NCBI GenBank assembly: GCA_038212275.1
Contig: JBBQUR010000008.1
Location: 96,001 to 160,000 of the forward strand
Length of the DNA stretch: 64,000 nt
From: Planctomycetota bacterium
GTDB lineage: Bacteria > Planctomycetota > B15-G4
Direction: 5' to 3'
The notes under the pieces were generated by a model, which was given only the letters and a program-made list of their open reading frames with translations, searched no databases and had not been told where the DNA came from. A program made the translations under genes and the position numbers. Positions 33,172 through 45,833 of the stretch are shown here, piece by piece; within the stretch, counting starts at the first letter, position 1, and each line of letters opens with the position of its first letter.

Positions 33172-35474
33172 ACGAGGTTGCTGCGCTTGCGCACGATCCA
33201 CTCGGCGGACAACAGCGCGAGGAGAGCCAGCAGCTGGAACCAGCCGGACCACAGCTCCTCGCGTTCGGGCTCGTCCACGGCGCGTTCACGCGGCGCATCG
33301 CGCAGGCTTGCGAACAGCTCGTCCGCGCGCGCCAGCGGCACATAGCGCCCGCCCGTGGACGCGGCCAGCGCGGTGAGCAGCGGCACGTCGAGGATCGGGT
33401 CGTCGGTCTCGGCCGACGGCACGCTCGCGGTGACGATGCGCGGCGAGCGCGGGCCGGCGTCCGGGCTCTCCGGATCCTCCAGCCACAGCCGGTACGGGCC
33501 GGGACTCGCGGCCACGAGCGAACCCGTGAACACGCCGTCCTCCTCGCGCTGCAGCGTCTGCGTCTCGCGGCGTCCGTCGGGCAGCACGACCTGCGCATCG
33601 AAGCTCGGCGCGACGAGCGGCGTGAACTGGCTGTCGCGCACGCGCGCCGTGATCGCGATGCGGTCGCCGATGTTGTAGTTGGCCAGGTCCGTGCTGAGGT
33701 CGAAGCGATAGTCGCTGCGCCGCAGCTTGTTCAGCGCGAGGTAGCGGATGAGGCCCTTCCAGAAGGGCTCGCGATAGGCCTCGAGATAGCGGAAGCGCCA
33801 GCGCCAGGTCTCGTCCGTGCCGAGGTAGGCCGTGCGGCCCTGCGGGTAGTACATCGTGGCGAGCAGCACGTGCGGGCCGTGCGCATTCACCGAGCGCGGG
33901 TGCGTGAGCAGCACGTCGGCGGTGGCGCGGGCCGAGGCCACGGGGTAGTACCAGGTGAGCGGCGCGAGGCCGTCGTCCGCCTCCCACAGCGCGCGGTTGA
34001 GGTCCAGGTCGGGCGTGAGCGTCACCACTTCATGCGGGTCGCGCGGGCGCTGCAGCGTCGGGTGAAAACCGGCGCCGGGGTCCGCCACCGCCGCCCACTC
34101 CGTCGCCGGGTCGCCGATGAGCACCGGCAGGATGTCGGCGATGGGAGTGCCGATGTACTCGCGCGGCGCGTCACGCGGTCCGGCCTGCATGAGGAAGCCG
34201 CCGCCCGCCTCCACGAAGGTCTTGATGTTCTTGAGGTACTGCTCGTGGTCCGGCCCGAGGTCCTGCGGGTGCACGTCGCCGAAGATGATCACGTGGTACT
34301 GCAGCAGGTCCTGCAGAGTCGGCGGGAAGCGCGTGAGCGCGGGCACGCCGTCCGACGACTCCTGGATGAACTCCGGGCTCGCATCGAGCAGCAGGCACTG
34401 CGCCTCGACGTTGGAGAAGCGCAGCAGCGAATGCATCAGGAAGCTGTACTCGAAGCGCGGATAGCCGTCGACGTAGAGCACCTTGATGCGGCCGGGCTCG
34501 ACGCGCAGGAGGCGGCGCTCCGTGTTGTTCGACGTGTCGCGCTCGTCGGGGCGCGGCACGACCGTGATGGCCAGGTCGAGGTCGCCGTCGGTTTCGGGCA
34601 CGAAGCTCACGCGCACGGACTGCTCGGTGGAACCGGCGGACTCCGCAAGCCGGAAGTCCTCGCGTGCGAGCTCCGTGCGGCTGCCGGTGTCGGTGATCGT
34701 CAGCACCGACGGCGCGCCGGAATAGCCGCGCGAGGCGATGTTGATCTCGAGCGTCACCGTGTCGCCGGCCAGCGCGACCTCGGGCGCGGTGACGCCGGAG
34801 ATGCGCACGTCGCGCGGCACGTCGGGGTCACCCACGCCGATGCTGTTCACCGGCACGCGACGGCCGGCGAGGATGGTGAGCGCCGCCTGGGCCTCGCGGC
34901 CGGCGTTGCTCTTGCCGTCGGACACGAGGATGACCTGGCTGACCTCGCGACCGCGCGTCTCGGCCGCCAGCGCGGCCAGCGCATCGCCGAGACGCGTGCT
35001 GCCGTCCGCGGCCTTGAGGTCGGCCAGCCCGCCCACCGCGCGCAGGTTGTCGCCGAAAGCGAAGAGCTGCGTCTCGTAGCGCTCGTCCAGGGCGGCGAGC
35101 GGCGCGGCCAGCTCGGCGCGCAGCACCTCGGTGCGCGAACTGCCCGCCGGCAGGTCGCGGCGCCGGGCGAGTTCTGGCAGGTCGCGCTCGCGCATGCTGG
35201 CCGAGTCGTCCAGCAGCACCGCCGCGACAGGCCTCTCGATGGCCACCTTCTGGGTGAGGCGCACCGGGTGCAGCAGGAACAGCACGAGGAGCGCGAGCGT
35301 CAGCGCGCGCAGCGCGGCCGGCAGCCACGCGCCCTCCGCCAGACCCTGACGGCGATACAACCAGCGCGAGAAGATCACGATGGCCGGCGCGATGACGAGC
35401 GCCAGCACCCACAGCGGCGGCAGGTTGAGGAACTCGATGCGCTGCGTCTGCACGATGTCCGCGAGCGCAATCAT
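33168..35474 (-). CDS. Membrane protein with vWA domain, Ig-like domain and class I glutamine-amidotransferase-like domain
   Basis: Two N-terminal TMs, MIDAS DDSASM...SDG, 'IKVLYVDGYPRFEY', 'FVEAGGGFLM', 'DETWRWR', C-terminal TM 'EWIVRKR'. Confidence 0.85.
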
Positions 35475-37687
35475 CAGCGTGCCTTTCCCAGGGTGCGTGC
35501 GAGCACGGACTCGGCGAGCGCCAGGCCGAGCAACGCCCAGAGCAGGGCCGTCGCGAGACTGCCGTCGCCCGGCGCGCCTGCCGACTCCGTCGGATGTTCC
35601 AGCTCCTCGCCGAGCACGAAGGGCACGCCGGCAAGCGCCGCGGAGAGCGAGGCGTCATCGATCGAGCGCAGGTCGCCCTCGCGCGCATCGGGCAGCGCGG
35701 CGAGCGCGAGCACCTGCTTGCCCTCGGGGCCGCCGGAGGTCGTGACCTCCAGCTTGTAGGGTCCGGCCTGGTCGAAGGGCGTGCTGTCGAGGCGCAGCAC
35801 CGCGCGCGGCCCGACGCGCTCGCTCGCCGGGCGCTCGAGCATGGTGACCGCGCCCGACGGATCGGTGAGCTGCGCGGAGAGCGGAAAACCCTCCACCACG
35901 AGCGTCGGCGTCTGCCCCACCGGCACGTTGGCGGCGCCCGCGTCCGGAGCGATGAGCGCCGTGAGCAGCTCGTGCACGAGCGGCACCCAGAGCGCGGGGT
36001 TGCGCGGCAGCAGCGACCAGCGCGTGTCCGCCGACGTGCCGACCATGATGATGCGTCCGCGCTGCAGGCGCCCCTCGACGATGGCCGGCGTCGTGTGGCC
36101 GGTCGCATCGGCGAAGGAGGCCAGCACGTGGCTGTCGGGCAGAGGCTCCAGTTCGCGCCACGCGAAGACCGGCACCTGGAGCAGCACCGCGAGGCGCGGG
36201 TCGGCGAAGAGCGCGAGCGCGGCGGGAGGCGGCTCGGGCAGCGCCAGCGTCACGTAGTCCTCGCCGCCGCGGCCGTCCGGGTCGCCGCGCACGGGCACGT
36301 CGGGAATCGTCGCGGGCAGCAGGCCCAGCGGCTCCAGGCGCTCGTCGTAGAGCTGCGGCAGCACGTTGTCGCCCATGAAGACGAGCAGCGGCGTGCCGGA
36401 CGACACGAGTTGCGCGAGCGACTGCGCGGCGGCGGCGGACAGGCCGCCGACGTTGGCGAGGACGATCGCATCCACGTGCGGCAGGTCCGCGGCCGACTCC
36501 TCGAAGCGGCCCACGTCCCAGACGATCGGCTCGAAGCGCGCCGGTGCGTGCTCTTCGTCGCCGGGATCGAGCGCGAGGCGCAGATAGCCGGTGGCCGAGG
36601 AGAGGTCGTCCGCCCCGCCCGGCGCGCCGTCCACCAGCAGCACGTCCAGCGTGTCGCGCACGTCGAAGGCCAGCGCGCGACTGTCGTCGAAGGGCAGGTC
36701 GTCGGCGTCGAGCGTGAACACCATGTGATGCGCGCCGGGCGTGTCGATGCGCCGCCGCACGCTGGCCGTGGCGTCGCCGCCGGGAGCAAGGTCCAGACGC
36801 TGGCGGTCCACCTGCACGCCGTCGAGCAGGAAGCTGCCCTCCACCGAGGCGCGGGCGGTCGTGGACCAGTTGTGAACCGCTGCCGTGAAGGTGACGGGCT
36901 CGCGGGCGCGCAGCAGGGGCCGCTCCGTGACCAGCGACTGCACGCCGAGGTTCACCGTCTCCTTGTCGCCCGACACCGCGGGCACGACGCGCAGCGTGCC
37001 GCCGCCCTGCTCGAACACGGAGGCGAAAAGCGCGCCGAGCGAATCGCCCGCGGCGAGCCAGCTGAGCCGCTGCAGGTCCGTGAGGATGACGACGTCGAGC
37101 CGGCCGGGCCGCGCGGGGCGCACGCGGTCCTTGACGACACGCGCCACGGCGACGAGGTCCGCGACCCCGCCGGGTTCGGGCAGCGGATTGTCGAGTGCGG
37201 CCAGCGCCACCGAAGGCGGCGCGCCGATGGGCGCGAGCAGCACGGGGCCGCTGCCCATCGACAGCAGCGTCACGGCGTCGCCGCGCGCGTCGGAGAGTTT
37301 GCCGAGGCGTCGGCGCAGGTCGTCGATCACGCGCTCGTCGGCGGTGGTGCCGGAGCCGACGAGGCGCCCCATGCTGCCGCTGCGGTCCACGATGCAGACC
37401 AGCTCGCGGCGCCCGCCGGTCACGAGTGCGAGCGGGCTGTCTTCGGGCACGAAGGGCAGCGCCATCGCCAGCGCGGCGAGCAGGATGAGCAGGCAGCGCA
37501 GCAGCAGCAGCAGCAGGCTCTCCATGCGCAGGCGGCGGCGGCGGCGTGCGAACGCGGCCTGCAGGAAGCGCATCGCCGCGAAGGGCACGACCACGTAGCG
37601 GCGGCGATTCAGCAGGTGGATGAGGATGGGCACGCCGACGAGGGCCGCACCCCACAGCATCGCCGTCGAGCCGAAGGCGATGTTCAT
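35474..37687 (-). CDS. BatA N-terminal domain / vWA domain membrane protein
   Basis: PILIHLLNRRR....F.AMRFL...LLLLLR BatA motif; MIDAS DRSGSM, ILTDLQ; C-terminal TM. Confidence 0.88.
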   Translation of the reverse strand: MNIAFGSTAMLWGAALVGVPILIHLLNRRRYVVVPFAAMRFLQAAFARRRRRLRMESLLLLLLRCLLILLAALAMALPFVPEDSPLALVTGGRRELVCIVDRSGSMGRLVGSGTTADERVIDDLRRRLGKLSDARGDAVTLLSMGSGPVLLAPIGAPPSVALAALDNPLPEPGGVADLVAVARVVKDRVRPARPGRLDVVILTDLQRLSWLAAGDSLGALFASVFEQGGGTLRVVPAVSGDKETVNLGVQSLVTERPLLRAREPVTFTAAVHNWSTTARASVEGSFLLDGVQVDRQRLDLAPGGDATASVRRRIDTPGAHHMVFTLDADDLPFDDSRALAFDVRDTLDVLLVDGAPGGADDLSSATGYLRLALDPGDEEHAPARFEPIVWDVGRFEESAADLPHVDAIVLANVGGLSAAAAQSLAQLVSSGTPLLVFMGDNVLPQLYDERLEPLGLLPATIPDVPVRGDPDGRGGEDYVTLALPEPPPAALALFADPRLAVLLQVPVFAWRELEPLPDSHVLASFADATGHTTPAIVEGRLQRGRIIMVGTSADTRWSLLPRNPALWVPLVHELLTALIAPDAGAANVPVGQTPTLVVEGFPLSAQLTDPSGAVTMLERPASERVGPRAVLRLDSTPFDQAGPYKLEVTTSGGPEGKQVLALAALPDAREGDLRSIDDASLSAALAGVPFVLGEELEHPTESAGAPGDGSLATALLWALLGLALAESVLARTLGKAR

Positions 37688-38688
37688 CCGCGCCGCCCCT
37701 GCCGCGCTTCGCGTGCGCCGAGATACGCGGAGAGCCCGACGTCGAGCGGCGTGCCCGTGTCGAGCAGGTGGTAGTCCACGCCGCGCCGACCGCAGGCGGA
37801 GCGGACCTCCGCACGCCACTCCTGCAGCACCGCGAGGTAGCTCTCGCGCAGCGACGGCGCGTCCACCAGCAGGCGCGTGTCGTCCTCGAGCCCCTCGAAG
37901 CGCGTGAGCCTGTCGAAGGGAAAGTGCAGCTCGTCGGCGTGCATCACGTGCAGCACGACGGTGTCATGCCGCCGAGCGGCGAGGGCACCGAGGCCCGACA
38001 CCAGGTTCTCCGTGTCGCCGAAGAGATCGGAGATGAGCACCACGATGCCGGGGCGCGCGATGCGCTCGTTGAGCCGGGCCAGCACGGCGCCGAGATCGGT
38101 GACGCCATGCGGGCGGCGCTCCGCCAGTGCGGCGAGGATGGGCAGCAGGTGACCGGGCGACGTGGAAGCGGGCAGCACGCGGTCCAGTTCGTGATCGAAG
38201 AGCGCGAGCGCCGCGCCGTCACGCTCGCGCAGCACGAGGTGGCTGATGGCCGCCGCCGCCTGGCAGGCGTAGTCGTACTTGCTCGGTGCGGCGCCCGGGG
38301 CATCGGGCAGCGGCGCGCCGGCCGCATCGTCCGCGCGGTTCGGATACGCCATCGACGCGCTGCAGTCCACCACGATGGTGCACTCGAGATTGGTCTCTTC
38401 CTCGTAGCGCTTGATGGCCAGCCGGTCGTTGCGCGCGAAGGACTTCCAGTCGAGGTGGCGCAGGTCGTCGCCCTGCACGTAGGGGCGCCGTTCGACGAAC
38501 TCCACCGACACACCGCGGTGCGGGCTGCGATGGCGCCCGGAGAGGAAACCCTCCACGGTGCGCGTCGCCGAGAGCGACAGGTGCTTGAGGCGCTCGGCGA
38601 GCGCCGGATCGAGCGCGAGGCGCCGCCCGCCGGGCGCGCCTCCGACGGACACCCCCTCGTCCGCCGGGGACCGGAACTCTCCGGCCAC
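37684..38688 (-). CDS. DUF58 domain (vWA-like) protein
   Basis: G.HRSP.RG.S.EF.E.R.Y..GDDLRHLDWK..AR, YEEETN, DCSASM, ISDLF; start uncertain (GTG 38688 or 38652). Confidence 0.9.
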   Translation of the reverse strand: MAGEFRSPADEGVSVGGAPGGRRLALDPALAERLKHLSLSATRTVEGFLSGRHRSPHRGVSVEFVERRPYVQGDDLRHLDWKSFARNDRLAIKRYEEETNLECTIVVDCSASMAYPNRADDAAGAPLPDAPGAAPSKYDYACQAAAAISHLVLRERDGAALALFDHELDRVLPASTSPGHLLPILAALAERRPHGVTDLGAVLARLNERIARPGIVVLISDLFGDTENLVSGLGALAARRHDTVVLHVMHADELHFPFDRLTRFEGLEDDTRLLVDAPSLRESYLAVLQEWRAEVRSACGRRGVDYHLLDTGTPLDVGLSAYLGAREARQGRRG

Positions 38689-38693
38689 GTCGC

Positions 38694-39746
<1,053 letters not shown>

Positions 39747-39842
39747 GGCTGGCAACTCCCGGGCGGGCAGGTCGGTGGAGCGATCGGACTCTCTGGCGGA
39801 CGGGCAACGGGCCGGCCGACGGCAGCGTTGGAACGGCGCGAC

Positions 39843-39848
39843 AGTATA
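39843..39848 (-). promoter_or_regulatory. Putative -10 element (TATACT) upstream of moxR
   Basis: Near-consensus hexamer in the 178-bp gap upstream of moxR; no clear -35. Confidence 0.4.
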
Positions 39849-39924
39849 TGCAGGCAGGCATGCGGACCGGCGCTCGCTCTCGCCCGCTGTCCCTGAAGGT
39901 CGTCCGCGCCACCCGCTTGGCGAG

Positions 39925-41973
39925 CTAAGGCGCGGAAGTGAACCACTGGAGATACCAATAGCCGCGCTTGCCGGCTCGCGGGAGTTGCGGCGAGAGCGTG
40001 GCCAGCCCGTCGCGCACCTTGAACAGCGCGGCGGTCGCGAAGGGAGCGGCCTTGTCGCGCGGCAGCAGCTCGGGCTCCGCGGAAAGCGGCTCGCTCGCGA
40101 AGTTGAAGACGCCGACGCTGCTGGGCACCAGAAGGAGGCGACCGGCCATCAGCGGCTTGCCCGTGATCCGCGGACCGTCGCTGCCTGGGGCCGAGAGCGG
40201 GAGCAGCGCGCGCTCCAGCACGTGGCCGTCCGGACCGACCAGCACGACGCCGCTCCTGTCGGACCGGGCCCAGGTGCAGATCACCGCCGGTGACACCCGC
40301 CCCTGCGGATCGGGCACCAGGCCGGCGATGTCGAGCCGGTCGAGGCGCTCGATCGGATCATCCAGGATGAGCTGCCCCGACGGCCCCGGCTCGCGCGCCA
40401 GCATGTAAAGGAAGCGGCTGTCGCTCGGCGCGATGATCACGCGCTCCGGTCCCGGGACTGCGCCGGCGCCGGCGCCGGCGCCGGGCGATGTTGCCCCGAC
40501 GCCGGACGTCGGCTCCTCGGGCCACAACCTGACCGGCTCGTCGCGCCACGCACCCGTGTCGAAGAGGAAGGCCGGGTCGTAGCTGACCGGGTCCTGGCTG
40601 AAGGTCCGGTCGTAGCGGAAGGTGTGGCGCACATGGCCCGTGAGGCCGTCCACCGCCGCGAAGACGCCGTGCCCGGTGCAGGCGTAGAGGATGCCGTCGC
40701 GTTCGGCCAGCGCGCTCTCGTCCGCCGTCTTGTCGACCTCCGTGGCCCCGGTGTCGGCGGTCCGGCTTGCGAAGCGGCGGATCTGCGCGGCGTTCACCAG
40801 CGGCGTCTCGAAGAGCACGCGACCGTCGTCCGCCGAGACAGCCAGCAGCGACACGTCCGTCGTCAGCGCGACGCGGAAGACGAGGCAGAAGACGCGCCGC
40901 CCCACCGCGAGCGGCGGGCCGAGCGAGAGGCTGATCCTGGCATCGCCCGGCGGCGAGGGCGGGATGCAGACCCAGGCGGTGCTGATCTCGTGCTCGCCGA
41001 TGTCCAGCGCCGCCAGCCGCGCCGCGCGCGGAATGCCGGGGCTGCGTTCGAACTCGCCACGATCGGCGAAGCGCGGCACGCGCAGGGCATTGACGGGAAT
41101 GAAGAAGCGATTCCCTTCGCGCGCGAGCGCGTGGCGCGAGACGCCGGGCAGGTCCAGGCTGTTGTCGGCGAGCAGCCGCGGCAGCACCTCGAAGGGCTTC
41201 AGCGTGAGATCCGCCGTGATGCGGTCGATCGGGAACAGGCCGCGCGCGTCGAGGAAGAGCAGCTCGCCCCGCCGGCCGTCGGCCACCAACGGGAGTCCGC
41301 CGCTCGGGTTGTCGTCGATGGTCAGGGCGGCGCCGCCCTGCAGCACCCAGCGTGTGGTGTCCGGCGCGGCGTCCGGCCCCGCGTCGGGCTCGGCCTCGAG
41401 CAGCCTCGCTCGCGCGGCGGCCTGCAGCTGAGCCGCTCCCGGCAGCGGGAGCGCGCGCGTCGCCAGCGACGCGGCCTCCCACCAGCGCCCCTCCTCGTAG
41501 CAGAGGCGCGCGGCGCCGAGCGCTGCCTCGCGCGAGGACTCCAGCGCGATGCCGCGCGTGGCGCGGTCGAGCAGCGCGGGCAGGTCGCGTACGGCCAGCG
41601 CTGCCGCCAGTTGCGCGCGCTCGTCGGCGAGCACGGCGAGGTGGCCCCTGCTCTCGCCGCTGGCGACCAGCCGGCGCGCGGCCAGCTCGATGGCGGGCGT
41701 GTCGACGCGCACGCCGAGGCCCACGAGCTGCTCGCGCCGGTCGGCCCGCAGGCTGGCGAAGAGCGCGGCCACGCTGGAGGGCGTGTCGTCCGCCAGCGCC
41801 TTGCGCAGCTCGTTGAGCGTGTCGGCGCCGTCGCCCTCGTCCTGCAGCAGCAGGCTCGAGCCGTTGTGGTAACTGCTGCCCTCCGGCGCCACGAACTGCG
41901 CCGTTGCCGACGAGGAAGCAAGGCACGGCAGCATGGTCGCCAGCAGGACTGCGCCGAAGCGGGCGCCCGTCAC
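39925..41973 (-). CDS. Secreted PQQ-like beta-propeller protein
   Basis: Signal peptide ending ATA-Q; blades '[12 protein letters not shown]', '[20 protein letters not shown]'; segments resemble the 28816-33171 protein. Confidence 0.72.
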   Translation of the reverse strand: MTGARFGAVLLATMLPCLASSSATAQFVAPEGSSYHNGSSLLLQDEGDGADTLNELRKALADDTPSSVAALFASLRADRREQLVGLGVRVDTPAIELAARRLVASGESRGHLAVLADERAQLAAALAVRDLPALLDRATRGIALESSREAALGAARLCYEEGRWWEAASLATRALPLPGAAQLQAAARARLLEAEPDAGPDAAPDTTRWVLQGGAALTIDDNPSGGLPLVADGRRGELLFLDARGLFPIDRITADLTLKPFEVLPRLLADNSLDLPGVSRHALAREGNRFFIPVNALRVPRFADRGEFERSPGIPRAARLAALDIGEHEISTAWVCIPPSPPGDARISLSLGPPLAVGRRVFCLVFRVALTTDVSLLAVSADDGRVLFETPLVNAAQIRRFASRTADTGATEVDKTADESALAERDGILYACTGHGVFAAVDGLTGHVRHTFRYDRTFSQDPVSYDPAFLFDTGAWRDEPVRLWPEEPTSGVGATSPGAGAGAGAVPGPERVIIAPSDSRFLYMLAREPGPSGQLILDDPIERLDRLDIAGLVPDPQGRVSPAVICTWARSDRSGVVLVGPDGHVLERALLPLSAPGSDGPRITGKPLMAGRLLLVPSSVGVFNFASEPLSAEPELLPRDKAAPFATAALFKVRDGLATLSPQLPRAGKRGYWYLQWFTSAP

Positions 41974-41977
41974 GAAA

Positions 41978-42313
41978 TCACCGCTTTTTCACGGCGGATC
42001 CGGGGCCCCCGGCCTCGGCGCTGTCCGGGTCGGGCAGCTCGCGATAACCAGGAGCATCCGGGGACAGCTTCCAGGACTCGAGCAGGCGCTGGCGCGTGAG
42101 CGGGTCCGCATCGGCGGCCTCGTTCCACTCGACGAGGTGCTGCACCTTGGGCGCCAGCGCGTTCACTTCGGCCGCGGTCACGGCGCGGCGGCGGCGCAGT
42201 TCGTTGCGATCGAGCAGCGCCGGCAACGTGGCCGTGGCAAACAGGTAGACCAGCCCCAGCATCAGCAGCAGGGTCAGGCCTTCACGTCGCAGCAGCCCGG
42301 TCGGGCGTTCCAT
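41978..42313 (-). CDS. Small bitopic membrane protein with coiled coil, FtsB/DivIC (septum formation initiator)-like
   Basis: Short cytoplasmic N-terminus, one TM, about 30-aa heptad helix, then DP..R; same strand and shortly downstream of eno. Confidence 0.55.
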   Translation of the reverse strand: MERPTGLLRREGLTLLLMLGLVYLFATATLPALLDRNELRRRRAVTAAEVNALAPKVQHLVEWNEAADADPLTRQRLLESWKLSPDAPGYRELPDPDSAEAGGPGSAVKKR

Positions 42314-42350
42314 GCCGACATTGCATCAGATCGGAGGCCGCCATTCATCT

Positions 42351-42475
42351 GGCGAGACGCCGCCGGCGCGGGACGGACGCCGATCGGCGTTCGCGAGACG
42401 CCGCCGACGTGGGCGAGACGCTGCCGACGTGGGCGAGACGCCGCTGACGTGGGCGAGACGCCGGCCGACGTCTCG
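42351..42475. repeat. 20-bp tandem repeat, about 6 copies (consensus GGCGAGACGCCGCCGACGTG), no spacers
   Basis: Near-perfect units at 42392, 42412, 42432 and 42452; degenerate units at 42351 and about 42371. Confidence 0.88.
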
Positions 42476-42670
42476 TCGTGGCCGCGCGCGCGTCGACACT
42501 GAGCGGCGCGGCGGACTTCGCTCCCTGGCCGTCGCGTCACCGGAAAATGAACGGCTGAATGCGGTCTCTGCACTCTGTATCGTGCGACGCATCGTTCCGG
42601 GCTCCCGAATGGTGTCGGTGCCCCTCACCCGCGCGCGCGTGTTCCAACGCGACGCCACAGGAGCCTGACC

Positions 42671-42775
42671 ATGGCCAAGAAGAAGACCGCGAAGAAGAAG
42701 GCCGCCCCGAAGTCGGCCGCGATCGTCCCGACCGCGAAGCCCGCCGCGAAGAAGGCCGCCAAGCGCAAGAAGTAA
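42671..42775 (+). CDS. 34-aa Lys/Ala-rich histone-H1-like small protein
   Basis: MAKKKTAKKKAAPKSAAIVPTAKPAAKKAAKRKK-TAA; AGGAG SD 7 nt upstream; all sense codons end in G or C; below the ORF-track length cutoff. Confidence 0.8.
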   Translation: MAKKKTAKKKAAPKSAAIVPTAKPAAKKAAKRKK

Positions 42776-42776
42776 C

Positions 42777-42829
42777 GACTGCCGCAGGGCAGTCCACGCG
42801 GGCCGTCGGCGGAGACGCTGACGGCCCGC
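42777..42829. terminator. Two stem-loops between convergent genes (possible terminator/stabiliser)
   Basis: GACTGCC-GCAG-GGCAGTC (42777-42794) and a 14-bp stem with GAGA tetraloop (42798-42829); U-tract weak. Confidence 0.5.
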
Positions 42830-43011
42830 AGTGCTTCGTGCGCGAGTCCCGGACGTCGCGTGCCCGAAGCCTGGCGCACGCCGATCTGCCGTGCGCTGAC
42901 GCGCGCCAGATCCGGATCGCACGGCGCCACCTGGCGTTCGTACCGCAGCTCGCGCAGCTCGTGCAGATCGCGCAACCGGCGCTGCACGCGCCGCAGGCGC
43001 CGGCTGGCTCC

Positions 43012-43371
43012 TCAGCCTTCCGCGCCGAAGGGTCCGGAGCCGGGCAGTTTCGCGCCGCAGTAGAGGCATGTCGCGTGGCGCGCGGCGGTCTTGCGCCGGC
43101 AGGCGGCGCAGATCACCGGTGCCCTGGAGAGCCTGCCGTCCGCCTTCCCGTCGAGCAGATCCAGCTCCTGCATCGTGGCGACCAGCTCCTCGTCGCTGTG
43201 ACCGTGCTGCTTGAGCAGCACCCACATCGCGGCGCACGCGAGGTTCATGCGTTCGAACTGCACCTGCAGCTCGCCCAACTCGTCGTGCGTGCGATCGAGC
43301 TTGCTCCGCGCGCGCGTCTCACGCTTTTCCAGCCTGCTGAGGTTCTGCTGGACGGTCCATTCCCAGAACAT
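43012..43371 (-). CDS. Hypothetical protein with coiled coil and C-terminal zinc ribbon
   Basis: GGAGGTGA SD before ATG 43371; 'ELDLLDGKADG' then CAAC...CLYCG. Confidence 0.8.
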   Translation of the reverse strand: MFWEWTVQQNLSRLEKRETRARSKLDRTHDELGELQVQFERMNLACAAMWVLLKQHGHSDEELVATMQELDLLDGKADGRLSRAPVICAACRRKTAARHATCLYCGAKLPGSGPFGAEG

Positions 43372-43437
43372 CGTGCTCACCTCCAGAGACCTGCGCGACG
43401 CCAGGCGGTCTCGTCGCGCCGCTGCGCCGCCGCGGCC

Positions 43438-44745
<1,308 letters not shown>

Positions 44746-44863
44746 GTCCGCGCCCCCGGCCAGGCCGGCCTCGGGCGAGAGCCGTGCCGCCCCGCGCACG
44801 ACCGACGGCGCCGGGTCGGCAGGCCGCGTCAGGGGGCGACGAAGGCGTGAGGGGCCGACGAAG

Positions 44864-45754
44864 TCAGGGCGCGATGAAGAGGTAGATGCCGAAGCCCAGC
44901 GTGTCCCGCCCCCACTGCCGCCAGGCCAGCTGCCACGCGGTGACGCGCTGCGCGATGGCCGGCGCGTCGGGGTCTTCGGGGTGCGCCGCGATCCAGGCCT
45001 CGAGAGAGCGCGCATGGCGCCGCTCGTAGCGCTCGAAATCCTGCGCCGAGGTTTCGACGGCGTGCACGCAGGTCAGGCCGACCTCCGAGCCCAGTTCGCG
45101 ATTCCCGGTGTGGTCCGTGAAGTCGTCGGCCGTTGCGCCCAGCACCGCGAGGTACTCGGGCGCCGGCTCGCTGCGCCAGTAGCCTTCGCCCAGCAGCAGC
45201 GCGCCGCCCGGCGCGAGCAGTTGCACGAGCCGGCCGGGCGCCTCGCGCGGCGTACCGACCGCATGGCTTGCGCCGATGCACAGCACGGCATCGAAGCGCG
45301 CGCTGTCCGGCGTGCGCCGCGCGGCGAACTCCGCGAAGGACTCGCCGTGCAGCGTCAGCCGCCCGATCGGCCCGTCCCCATCCACGCCGGGCAGCGCCTG
45401 CGACGGCCGGACGCGAGCGAAGGCGCGGTGCCGCGCGCCGCGAGCGCCGCCCGCCACGTCGCCATCGTGCGCGCCGTGAGGCAGACGCTGTTCCGCCTGC
45501 TGGCGCGCCTCCGCGATGAAGGCTGCATTGCCGTCGACACCGACGCCGTTCACGCCGTAGCGCTCCGCGAGCCGCAACAGCGCCTCCGCCTTGCCGCAGC
45601 CGACATCGAGGACGCGGGCACCCAGCGCGGGCAGCCGCTGCGCGAGCACGGCGAGCGCGTCGTCGAGCACCTCATCGCCCACGGGATTGCAGACAGTCAT
45701 GCCGCGGTGCGCGATAGTGGTGTACCTGCCGTGGTCGACAGAACCCGTCTTCAC
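44864..45754 (-). CDS. Class I SAM-dependent methyltransferase
   Basis: AH......CNP, motif I VLDVGCGKAE, FDAVLCIGASH, LAPGG.LLLGEGYW, RDTLGF; start GTG 45754 or TTG 45769. Confidence 0.88.
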   Translation of the reverse strand: MKTGSVDHGRYTTIAHRGMTVCNPVGDEVLDDALAVLAQRLPALGARVLDVGCGKAEALLRLAERYGVNGVGVDGNAAFIAEARQQAEQRLPHGAHDGDVAGGARGARHRAFARVRPSQALPGVDGDGPIGRLTLHGESFAEFAARRTPDSARFDAVLCIGASHAVGTPREAPGRLVQLLAPGGALLLGEGYWRSEPAPEYLAVLGATADDFTDHTGNRELGSEVGLTCVHAVETSAQDFERYERRHARSLEAWIAAHPEDPDAPAIAQRVTAWQLAWRQWGRDTLGFGIYLFIAP

Positions 45755-45833
45755 GTGACCACGCGGCAACCCATGCGCCGCAGTGTAGCGGGCGAAGGTG
45801 CAAGTTCGGCGCGTGCTGCGCGCCGTCAGGTCT

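Noticed and set aside
42351..42475. CRISPR array
   Set aside because: Repeats are head-to-tail with no unique spacers, and there are no cas genes in the window
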